Below are positions 10,381 to 18,545 of a DNA stretch of 64,000 nt, in pieces. The notes under the pieces were generated by a model that worked only from the letters and a program-made list of their open reading frames with translations, was not told the DNA's origin and made no database searches. The translations under genes were made by a program, and so were the position numbers. The stretch's first letter is position 1; each line of letters begins with the position of its first letter. Source of the DNA: an uncultured archaeon (lineage in GTDB: Archaea; Iainarchaeota; Iainarchaeia; Iainarchaeales; DTGL01); assembly GCA_964551725.1 (NCBI GenBank), contig CAZKED010000002.1, positions 30,873-94,872 of the forward strand. The letters run 5' to 3'.

Positions 10381-13050
10381 TTAAAAAATTTCCATTTGGG
10401 GGTTTCCCCTGTTTTCCCTCAGGTTTTCTAAAATAATGTTCTTTTCCTCGAGCAGTGCCACGCGCTTCATTTGCTGCACCGCGTCAATGTTCGCGCTGAC
10501 TGAATCAATGCCCATTCTTACAAGCTCTTTCACCATTTTGGGGTTGCTTGCGGCCTGCCCGCATATGGAGGTTTTCACGCCTGCCTTGCGGCATTCCTTT
10601 ATCACCCTTTTGATGAGCCCCAGCACGGCGGGGTGCAGTTCAGAGAAATGCTTTTGAATGCGCTCGTTGTTCCTGTCAATCCCCAGCGTTAACTGCGTCA
10701 AATCATTTGTTCCGAATGAAATGAATTTAATTCCTGTTCCAATCAGCTCTCTTATAACCATTGCCGCAGCGGGCGTTTCAATCATTACCCCGAATTCAAC
10801 GTCTTTCTCCGGGTCGAGCCCGGCTTCCCTTGCCACTCCCATTGCCTTTTTCACCTCTTCCGCGGAAATGACAAAGGGGAGCATTATCCCTATATTGCTG
10901 TATCCCTGTTCCACAAGCTTTTTAACAGCCAAAAACTGTGCTTTGAGCAGTTCGGGCTCGTCCAAGTCCCTGCGGATGCCGTGCCATCCTATCATGGGGT
11001 TTTCCTCTTCAGGCTCTTTTTCCCCGCCTTTAAGGTTTCTGTATTCGTCACTCCTTGCATCGAATGTCCTGTACCACACGGGCTTTCCCTTGAACTGCGA
11101 TACCACTTTTTCAATTCCCTCCTTTATCGCCTGCACTAATTCATCCTCCCTGCCCATACGGATGAATTCCGCCGGGTGTGTTCCGCTTTCGGTGATCATG
11201 TGCTCCGCTCTCAGCAGGCCTACGCCGTCAGCGCCCGTTCCCGCGGCTTTCTCCGCTGCATCGGGTAGTGCAACGTTAACTTTCACTTTTATTGCCATTT
11301 CAGAGAGGAGGTGCTTGAGCATTTTCACTTCCTCGTGGAGCATTGCTTTTCCGAGTTCTTCGGCTTTCTTGTCCCCGAATTCTTCTATTATTTTTTTGGC
11401 TTCTTCTTCGTGCTTGAGTATTTTTTCCGTTTCTTCCTCTTCCCTTTGCTGAATTTCCTCTTTTTCCCTCGCTTTTTCTTCTTCCTCCGCTTCTTTCAGC
11501 ATTTTTTCTCTTTCCTGCTCTGCGCGCACCTGTATTACCATTCCCTTCAGCCCGGTTCTGGCTTCCGTAGGCATAACCTGTTTTTCCAGTTCCTCTCTCT
11601 GCCCGTTTATTTTTCCCCTTATTATTTCCTCGAGCAGGTCCACTTCTTTGAGTTTTATCATTTTTTCAACGGTTTTTTCAGGCATTTCAATTTCCACTTT
11701 TCCCTGGTACACGTAGCCGGTGTAGCCGTTCACCGTTACGAGCATTCCGCCTTTCATTTTTTCCGTTGCGTTCCTTGTGCCGACAACGCAGGGTATTCCC
11801 AGTTCCCTGCTCACTATTGCAGCATGGCAGGTGCGCCCGCCTTCATCGGTAATAATAGCCGCGCTCTTTTTCATTATGGGAACCCAGTCGGGGTTGGTCA
11901 TTTTCGTTACGAGAATGCTTCCCTCCTTCACTTTTGCCCTGTCCGAAGTGGACGGGACAATGGCAACGTTCCCGGATGCAATTCCCGGAGAAGCAGCCAG
12001 CCCGTCTAGGAGGAGGGGTGCGGAAATTTTGCCCGCTTTTTCCCTTCTCTCCTGCTCCATTTCCACTTTTTCTTTCAGACTCAGGGTGGTGATTGCCCTG
12101 CTCTGGAGAATGTACAATTCGCTTCCCCCTATTGCCCATTCGATGTCCTGCGGGCTTTTGTAGTGCTGTTCTATTTGCCTGCCCAGCGCTGCAATCTCCA
12201 GAATTTTTTTGTCCGGCACTTTCTGTTTTTTCCCCTTTGCTTCGCTTAATGCAATTTCTTCGTTTTTTTTCCCCTTGCGCACCATTTTCCATTTTTGCTG
12301 TCTAACGCTTTTTTCAAGGATTTTCATTTTTCCCTTGTCCACAACATAGGTGTCCGGCGTAATGCTTCCTGAAACAATCGCCTCACCCAAGCCGAAGCCT
12401 GCCTCGATTATTATTTTGCTTTCGTCTCCTGTGGGGTCGGCTGTGAACATTACCCCGCTTGAGTCAGCTTCAACCATTTTCTGCACTATTACCGCAATGC
12501 CCACCTTTCTTGTTCCAAAGCCCTTCTTTTTCCTGTAATAGGTGGCGCGTGCAGTGAAAAGGGAAGCCCAGCAGTTTTTTACCGCGCGGATGAGTTCCTC
12601 TTTCCCTATTACGTTCAAGTAGGTTTCCTGCTGCCCTGCAAAGCTTGCCCCCGGAAGGTCTTCCGCTGTGGCGGAACTTCGCACTGCAACATATTGCTGT
12701 TGTGAGGAAGTTAACCAGGCGAGTCTTTCCTCTCCGAGTTTCGAGTATGCAATGAGAATTTCATTCCTCAGTTCATCGTTCATTTTTGTTTTTTTAATCA
12801 GTGCGCGGACTTCGGCTGTAGAGTTTTCCAGCTGTTCCGTGTTTTCCACGTTGATTGAGTCGATTTTTCTTATTATTTCCTCTTTTATCCCTGTTTCTTC
12901 AATGAATTTGAAATAGGCCCGCGAGGTTACAATGAATCCCGGGGGGAGCGGAAAGTTCGCGTTCGCCAGCTCGCCCAAATTTGCGCCTTTTCCTCCCACG
13001 GAGCTTATGTGTTTTGCCCCCACTTCCCTGAACCAGGCAATGTTCTCCAT
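10381..13050 (-). CDS. ppsA: Phosphoenolpyruvate synthase with internal charged insertion
   Basis: VGGKGANLGE, AVRSSATAED, SFAGQQETY, GGRTCHAAIVSRELGIP (phospho-His), SFGTNDLTQ, SICGQA. Confidence 0.96.
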   Translation of the reverse strand: MENIAWFREVGAKHISSVGGKGANLGELANANFPLPPGFIVTSRAYFKFIEETGIKEEIIRKIDSINVENTEQLENSTAEVRALIKKTKMNDELRNEILIAYSKLGEERLAWLTSSQQQYVAVRSSATAEDLPGASFAGQQETYLNVIGKEELIRAVKNCWASLFTARATYYRKKKGFGTRKVGIAVIVQKMVEADSSGVMFTADPTGDESKIIIEAGFGLGEAIVSGSITPDTYVVDKGKMKILEKSVRQQKWKMVRKGKKNEEIALSEAKGKKQKVPDKKILEIAALGRQIEQHYKSPQDIEWAIGGSELYILQSRAITTLSLKEKVEMEQERREKAGKISAPLLLDGLAASPGIASGNVAIVPSTSDRAKVKEGSILVTKMTNPDWVPIMKKSAAIITDEGGRTCHAAIVSRELGIPCVVGTRNATEKMKGGMLVTVNGYTGYVYQGKVEIEMPEKTVEKMIKLKEVDLLEEIIRGKINGQREELEKQVMPTEARTGLKGMVIQVRAEQEREKMLKEAEEEEKAREKEEIQQREEEETEKILKHEEEAKKIIEEFGDKKAEELGKAMLHEEVKMLKHLLSEMAIKVKVNVALPDAAEKAAGTGADGVGLLRAEHMITESGTHPAEFIRMGREDELVQAIKEGIEKVVSQFKGKPVWYRTFDARSDEYRNLKGGEKEPEEENPMIGWHGIRRDLDEPELLKAQFLAVKKLVEQGYSNIGIMLPFVISAEEVKKAMGVAREAGLDPEKDVEFGVMIETPAAAMVIRELIGTGIKFISFGTNDLTQLTLGIDRNNERIQKHFSELHPAVLGLIKRVIKECRKAGVKTSICGQAASNPKMVKELVRMGIDSVSANIDAVQQMKRVALLEEKNIILENLRENRGNPQMEIF

Positions 13051-13158
13051 TTTTACCTTTATTAGAAAGGGACTTGGGGTTTATTAATTTATCGCGGAAT
13101 TTTTCGGAATGCGACAGAATTAGCTTGCATAATTTCTTTGAGGAATTTCTTCAAGGGA

Positions 13159-13923
13159 TTATTTCTTTTCCTCTTTTCCTTCTTCCTTTTTCTCCTCCCT
13201 TGCTTCTTTGCCTCCTTCTTTCTTTTCCTCTTTGCCTTCCTCTTTCTTTTCGGCTTTTTCCTCCGGCTTCTTTGCCTTTCCTTCTTCCTCTTCTTCTTCC
13301 GCTTTCTTTTCCTCTTCCTCTGCCTTCTCTTCTTCTTCGGCTTTCTTTTCAGCCATTTCAATTTTTACTGCGCGTGGTCTTGTTCCAATGGATTCAACGT
13401 CAGTGTGCACGTTCACTTTTATTTTAAACGGCAGTTTTGCTCTCGCTCTTGCCAGTGCTTCCCCCGCGGTCTCGATGTGCTCTTCGTCCACCAGCACGCT
13501 CAGTATTACCTGTCCTTTTCGCACCCTTGCCGCTCTTCCAATGGCTTTCCCGAAAGAGTGGCTCATTCCCTGCGAAACCCTGTCGGCGCCGGCGCCCTGC
13601 GCCTGCTTGTTCTCCCTCAACACCTGGTAGGGGAAAATGCGTATGCGCATGAAATAACCCTCCTTTCCCAGGTGGTTTTGCAAGTACCGGTTGACCAGCA
13701 TCCTCGTCGCTTCTATTGCGTTGTCCCTCACCTGCACTTTTTCCTCGCAGACAAGGTCAACAATATGCGAGAATTCCCTCGCCGGATTGCCCATGTTGAA
13801 CTGCCGTATGCGCAGTGCGGGATTCGCACCCACGTAATTCTTCCTGTGCTTTGTTATGGCGATGCGTGTAAAAGCACGGTCCTTCTCGGAATCCCTGTAG
13901 CATTTCGCGGGTCTCAACCCCAT
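13159..13923 (-). CDS. rpl10e: 50S ribosomal protein L10e (uL16) with long K/E tail
   Basis: MGLRPAKCYR, LRENK..GAGADRVSQGM..SFGK. Confidence 0.95.
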   Translation of the reverse strand: MGLRPAKCYRDSEKDRAFTRIAITKHRKNYVGANPALRIRQFNMGNPAREFSHIVDLVCEEKVQVRDNAIEATRMLVNRYLQNHLGKEGYFMRIRIFPYQVLRENKQAQGAGADRVSQGMSHSFGKAIGRAARVRKGQVILSVLVDEEHIETAGEALARARAKLPFKIKVNVHTDVESIGTRPRAVKIEMAEKKAEEEEKAEEEEKKAEEEEEEGKAKKPEEKAEKKEEGKEEKKEGGKEAREEKKEEGKEEKK

Positions 13924-14095
13924 AAAAAACACCTTAATCGCAATATTAAGCGAAATTACGCCTGTTAGAAAAAGCGCAATATAAGAGATTTCACACCATG
14001 GATTTAAAAAGGTTATGGAGTCCTTTTGCGGCTTTCCTGGTTCCTTTTATTTTTCCCACTCTTTCTTGACTGCTGCGGAAAACCGAAAGGCATTC

Positions 14096-14755
14096 TCAAG
14101 CGGGCTTTGCCCTCCGCCTTCTCCGCTTGAAGCCCCGTTTCATTGCCTCAGTTCTTGCAATATGCCCTATGAAGCCGGGGTCATGGCTGGATAGGCGGAG
14201 AATGAATGGATCAGCAAGCAGTGCCTTTCTCCCTTCTCGGGGGACCCATTTGGGAATCCGCTCGGAAACAATTCTCCTTTTTGCCGCCTGGAACCTGTCT
14301 ATCGCCCTGTGAGTGCATTCGGCGTTGCTTTGTCCCACAAGCATTGAGGCTGAAATGAGCTTGGCCGCATCCCCTTTCCTATCAAACCCGTATCTGTCCC
14401 TTGCAATAGTGAAAGCGGTGTCAATCCTCCCCTGGATACTCTCGGATGTAACGGGTCTCACTCCAGGATTTCTTCCGAGCCTCAGGGCTTCAAGTGAGAA
14501 AACACCTCTGCAGAGCTCCATGCATTTTGCTTCTCTCAGGCCATGTTCCCGGAGAGTGCTTATTTTTTCCCGTACGGCCTCCATTTGCTCTAGGTTCATC
14601 ATTTGCATCAGCGCCCTCCAGCCGCGGGAGCCCAATTCGTTGCGGAGTGCAATGCGGAAATCGCCTTCTTTGAACCCAAGGGACAGAAAGAAATCCCTCT
14701 TTTTATTCCAGTCGCCGATGCCAAGTCCTTCGGCAGTTTCAGCGTCCCTGCGCAT
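14096..14755 (-). CDS. Hypothetical helical protein, Arg-rich C-terminus
   Basis: 219-aa ATG ORF with upstream TATA-like element; ends KRRRRRAKPA. Confidence 0.7.
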   Translation of the reverse strand: MRRDAETAEGLGIGDWNKKRDFFLSLGFKEGDFRIALRNELGSRGWRALMQMMNLEQMEAVREKISTLREHGLREAKCMELCRGVFSLEALRLGRNPGVRPVTSESIQGRIDTAFTIARDRYGFDRKGDAAKLISASMLVGQSNAECTHRAIDRFQAAKRRIVSERIPKWVPREGRKALLADPFILRLSSHDPGFIGHIARTEAMKRGFKRRRRRAKPA

Positions 14756-14819
14756 ATAAAATTTGACCCTCTTAATGTTTTAATAATTTTCTATTCCCTT
14801 GGAGGGCAAAAATACAAAA

Positions 14820-15065
14820 AGCGGGAGGCGGAAGTCGAATCCGCTTCTCCCGGTTCCTGCCGGCCCTTTCTTTTAGGAAAAGAAAGGGTACGCTGCCCAA
14901 AGAAAAACAAGATTCAGGACAAATGGAATAATTCCGTTTCCCCTGAAACTCCTTTTTTTCCAGTTTTTTTTCTGAAACTCCTTTTTCTTTTGCAACGTGC
15001 TTTTCTTTTTTGGAAAAAGAAAAGCCGGACTGCAGCCGGGTGCATGACCGTTCTGCCACTCCCGC
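14820..15065 (-). tRNA. tRNA-Cys(GCA) with 175-nt intron at position 37/38
   Basis: 5' exon 15065-15030 GCGGGAGTGGCAGAACGGTCATGCACCCGGCTGCAG. 3' exon 14854-14820 ACCGGGAGAAGCGGATTCGACTTCCGCCTCCCGCT. Acceptor GCGGGAG/CTCCCGC, anticodon stem CCCGG/CCGGG, T-arm GCGGA-TTCGACT-TCCGC, U73. Confidence 0.92.
14855..15029 (-). other. tRNA intron with BHB splice motif, hairpins and an internal duplication
   Basis: CUGC(32-35) pairs with intron GCAG; bulges AGU and GAA. Perfect hairpins at 14864-14888 and 14999-15025. 15-bp direct repeat at 14943 and 14972. Confidence 0.85.
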
Positions 15066-15102
15066 TTTTCTCAGGGTTCTAAATATTTGGACTGGAATTG
15101 TT

Positions 15103-15960
15103 TTAATTGTTTTCTAATCCCTCCGTGAAGGAAAACAATTCTGTTGAATAATACCTATTCCATGAATCCGGCAGTATTGTAATTGTGTTTCCCTTTCCGT
15201 ATTTCCTTGCAGCGTAATAATTGGCACCGGAGCTTATTCCGGATAGAACGCCTTTTTCCCTGACCAAAAAGCGGGCGCTTTCAATTGCCCTGCGGCTCGA
15301 AACACGAGCAATCCTGTCCGCTGTTCCCGCGGGAACGATTTTTTTGGAATAATCCCGCCTCAGTCCCTCTATTCCCCTGTCCTTTTCCTTTGGAATCACG
15401 CCGATTATTTCCGCCTGCGGGAATTTCTCCCTTATTCTCCGACCGATTCCCGCAAGCGTTCCGCCGGTGCCTGTGCTGGCAACAAACGTGCTGATTTTCC
15501 CGGGGAACTGTCCGAGTATTTCCCTGCCGGTGCCCAAATAGTGCGCTAAGGGGTTGAGCGGGCTTTCAAACTGGTTCAAGTAATAAAAGCCCTTTTTTCT
15601 GCCCCATTCTTTTGCGAGCGCATCCGCTTCCTCCCGCGTTTCAGTAAGCTCCAGTTCCGCGCCCAGCAGTTCAATCATTTTTTTCCTCTCCGCGCTCGCG
15701 CTCCGTGGCATGAAAATTTTCGCCCTCACCCCAAAAAGCGGAGCCAGGTATGCAAGGGATATTCCTGTGTTGCCGCTTGTCGCTTCCGTTACAATTGTTC
15801 CCTTTTCCAGTTCGCCGTTCTCCGCGGCTTTCCCGAGCAGGAATTCGACCACTCTGTCCTTAATGCTCCCGCTCGGATTCAAAAATTCCGCTTTTGCAAA
15901 CACGCTTCCGCCAAGTTCAAGCAGGGGGGTGTTTCCAACAGGAAGCGCTTCTTCGGTCAT
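15103..15960 (-). CDS. Cysteine synthase family PLP enzyme (CysK/CysM-like)
   Basis: VGNTPL, KAEFLNPSGSIKDR (PLP Lys), EATSGNTGI, NQF, GTGGT, GISSGA, LPDS..RYYS. Confidence 0.92.
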   Translation of the reverse strand: MTEEALPVGNTPLLELGGSVFAKAEFLNPSGSIKDRVVEFLLGKAAENGELEKGTIVTEATSGNTGISLAYLAPLFGVRAKIFMPRSASAERKKMIELLGAELELTETREEADALAKEWGRKKGFYYLNQFESPLNPLAHYLGTGREILGQFPGKISTFVASTGTGGTLAGIGRRIREKFPQAEIIGVIPKEKDRGIEGLRRDYSKKIVPAGTADRIARVSSRRAIESARFLVREKGVLSGISSGANYYAARKYGKGNTITILPDSWNRYYSTELFSFTEGLENN

Positions 15961-16175
15961 TCCTCAAGACCTCCGGCAAAGTAGAGTTTTTCCCTCAAAT
16001 CATTGCAATTCGGCTTTTCTTTTACAGCGCCTGCCTCGAAAAGCCTTGCAAGGTTATAGCGAACAGTTCTTTCGGGCATTCCTGTGAGGGAAACAATTCT
16101 TTTCTGGGAAAGAGGTCCGTGCAGTTTTATGGCTAAAAAAATCAGTTCAGCTTTTTCCGATAAGGCAAAGTGAAT
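15957..16175 (-). CDS. Small winged-HTH (MarR-like) regulator, missing from ORF track; start uncertain
   Basis: Frame reads IHFALSEKAELIFLAIKLHGPLSQKRIVSLTGMPERTVRYNLARLFEAGAVKEKPNCNDLREKLYFAGGLEE*. TGA overlaps the cysteine synthase ATG. Needs an ATT start (16175) or a 1-nt shift from ATG 16185. Confidence 0.7.
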   Translation of the reverse strand: MHFALSEKAELIFLAIKLHGPLSQKRIVSLTGMPERTVRYNLARLFEAGAVKEKPNCNDLREKLYFAGGLEE

Positions 16176-16228
16176 CCCCTTTCATTGCCACCACATAATT
16201 ATATTGGTTTCCAATATTTAAATTCCTT

Positions 16229-17131
16229 ATGATAGCGGCAAACGTTCTCCTCCTGAAGCCCTCTCCCTCCATTTTCCTAAAGAGCGAAAGGGTGAAGCAG
16301 TATTTCAATTCAAAGCTCCGTGAAAACATTAAAACCGCGTTGCACAATTCGGGAGAGCGCGGTTTCTCCCTCGAGCAAGGGCGCGGGCGCCTATTCCTCC
16401 GCTCCGCTGACATTAAAAAAAGCTCGGAAGTGCTGCGCAGGGTATTCGGCCTGCATTCCCTGGCTCCCGCATTCGAATTCAGCGCTGGAACGCTACAGGA
16501 AATAGTGGATAACTCCCTTGGTTTCGCGGAAGGCCGGTTTGAAAACATTAAAACTTTCGCAGTGCGCGCCTCCCGCTCAGGCGAACAAGCATTCACTTCA
16601 CAGGAGCTGGAAAGAAAGCTCGGAGCTGAATTGCTCTCGTGGTTCCTTCACTTAAAGGTTGATTTGACCAAACCGGAAAAAACATTTTTCCTCGAATTGC
16701 GGGGAGAAAAAGGATATTGTTATGTAGAAGAAATTCCTTGTTTTGGCGGACTGCCGCAGGGCGTTGAAGGTTTTGTAGGCGTATTCTTTGAGGGCAAGCC
16801 GGAAGAACTCGTTGCGGGCTGGCTTTTAATGAAGCGCGGCTGCAACATTTTTCCCATTGTTCCGCGCACAACAAAAAAAATGGAGAAGCATCTTTCTGCT
16901 TTAGTGCCCTGGAACCGCGGAATGAGGTTTTCGCTTACTCCGCAGGGGAAGCTTTCCGCGCTCGCCGAAGAGCGCGGCTTGTCCGCTCTGGCGCGAGCCG
17001 ATACCGCCGTGACAAAAAAGGCTTTCAAGGAATACAGGGCATTTGATTCAAAAATGCCGTTGCCCGTGTTCAGGCCGTTGCTTTTCCACTCCGCGGAATG
17101 GGTGAAAAAAGCCGCAAGCACTATAAAATGA
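16229..17131 (+). CDS. THUMP-domain ThiI-like protein with degenerate PP-loop
   Basis: IFLKSERVK, RVFGLHS, TFAVRASR, KVDLTKPE, GGLPQG, WLLMKRG, PVFRPLL; SGGxDS replaced by FEGKPE. Confidence 0.85.
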   Translation: MIAANVLLLKPSPSIFLKSERVKQYFNSKLRENIKTALHNSGERGFSLEQGRGRLFLRSADIKKSSEVLRRVFGLHSLAPAFEFSAGTLQEIVDNSLGFAEGRFENIKTFAVRASRSGEQAFTSQELERKLGAELLSWFLHLKVDLTKPEKTFFLELRGEKGYCYVEEIPCFGGLPQGVEGFVGVFFEGKPEELVAGWLLMKRGCNIFPIVPRTTKKMEKHLSALVPWNRGMRFSLTPQGKLSALAEERGLSALARADTAVTKKAFKEYRAFDSKMPLPVFRPLLFHSAEWVKKAASTIK

Positions 17132-17158
17132 TTCTGACACAGTTTTTTAGGTGCGCTT

Positions 17159-18409
17159 ATGAGAATTGCTTTCCTTTCAGACTTCCACCTCGGCTTTTCC
17201 AATAAGGACAGGGAGGGCGAAGCATTCGCCCTCGCAAAAGCCGCGCTCTCGCAGGCTCTGAAGGAAAAGCCCGACCTTGTAGTGCTGACCGGCGATTTAT
17301 TCAACCGCGATGTGCCAGCACAGGAGGACTTGCTCGGGGCATTCCTGCTCCTTGCGCAGTGCAGGAGGGCAAAGCAGAGCGGGCTGAAAATTTCCGTGGA
17401 AAAAGGTTCGGAAAGAAAACAGGCGGAATTTTCGGGAGTGCCGGTAATTTCAATCCACGGCACGCACGAGTTCCGCGGCAGGGATTTCAGGAATGCACTG
17501 GAGGTGCTGGATTCCGCGGGCTTTCTCATCTACATTCACGCCGCAAGGGCAATAGTTGAATCTGAAAAGGAGAAGATAGTTTTCCACGGTTTGGGCGGAG
17601 TGCCGGAAAAAAAAGCGAAGGACGCACTGCTGAAATGGGCGCCGCAGCCCGTGAAAGGAGCGAAGAACATTCTCCTCCTCCACCAGTCCTTCAGGGAATT
17701 TCTGCCGTTTGACGACGAAATGGTCGCCTCGCTTTCCATAGGCGATTTGCCCCAGGGCTTTGATTTCACCGTGAACGGTCACCTGCACTCCCACGCAGAA
17801 TTCAGCGAGCAGGAACGCACCCTCATCATTCCCGGTTCGACAATAATAACCCAGCTCAAAAAAGCCGAAGCGGGGATTCCAAAGGGGTTTTTCATCCACG
17901 ATTCTCTCGCGGAAAAAACCCGTTTCGTGGAACTGGAGGAAAAGAGGACTTTTTATTACAAAAAAATAAGGCTTGAGAACGCCTCGCAGGAAAGCGCGGC
18001 GGAAAAAGTGAAAGAGGAACTCGGAGCAATTCTCGGGCGCGCGGAAACGCAGGAAAAAATGAAGCCGCTCGTGAGAATTTCCCTGCAGGGAACGCTTGCA
18101 AAAGGCTTCAGCGCGGGCGACATCGATTTGGGCGCAGTGCTGGAAAAATTTTCGGAAAAAGCAGTTGTTTCAATTGCCAGTTCCTTCGCCGAGGAAGACT
18201 TCAAAGTGAAGCTGGACGAGCTGAAAAAGCTCCAGTCGGAGAAGAAATCGATTGCGGAAATGGGCCTCGGCATCCTCGAAAAAAACCTTGCTGAAACGGA
18301 ATTCGGCGACGCATTTGACGTAAGGAGAATGTTCCGGCTCTTAAGCGAGGGAGAAACTGAAAAAGCAATAGAAATTCTTTCCAAAACCAGCGCAGAAGAG
18401 GCGAAGTAA
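17159..18409 (+). CDS. mre11: DNA double-strand break repair nuclease Mre11 (SbcD family)
   Basis: DFHLG, TGDLF, IHGTHE, LHQ, NGHLH and PGS phosphoesterase motifs. Confidence 0.88.
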   Translation: MRIAFLSDFHLGFSNKDREGEAFALAKAALSQALKEKPDLVVLTGDLFNRDVPAQEDLLGAFLLLAQCRRAKQSGLKISVEKGSERKQAEFSGVPVISIHGTHEFRGRDFRNALEVLDSAGFLIYIHAARAIVESEKEKIVFHGLGGVPEKKAKDALLKWAPQPVKGAKNILLLHQSFREFLPFDDEMVASLSIGDLPQGFDFTVNGHLHSHAEFSEQERTLIIPGSTIITQLKKAEAGIPKGFFIHDSLAEKTRFVELEEKRTFYYKKIRLENASQESAAEKVKEELGAILGRAETQEKMKPLVRISLQGTLAKGFSAGDIDLGAVLEKFSEKAVVSIASSFAEEDFKVKLDELKKLQSEKKSIAEMGLGILEKNLAETEFGDAFDVRRMFRLLSEGETEKAIEILSKTSAEEAK

Positions 18410-18545
18410 AAATTCGGCAATCGCCTTATTTTACATAGTTATTTATTTCTTTTGCTTTTCCTAATATTACATTCACTTTTTCCCCTTTAGTGGACACTTT
18501 AGAGCCCGGAAAAAGGCACGCGAAAGGGGGAACCAAGGGTTTTTT

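Noticed and set aside
14855-15029. C/D box guide RNA or CRISPR-like repeats inside the tRNA intron
   Set aside because: One CUGA but no box C; only two 15-bp repeats and no spacer array
14603-15082. ORFs 14603-15082(+) and 14772-15059(-)
   Set aside because: Shadow frames over the intron-containing tRNA-Cys; low complexity and no motifs
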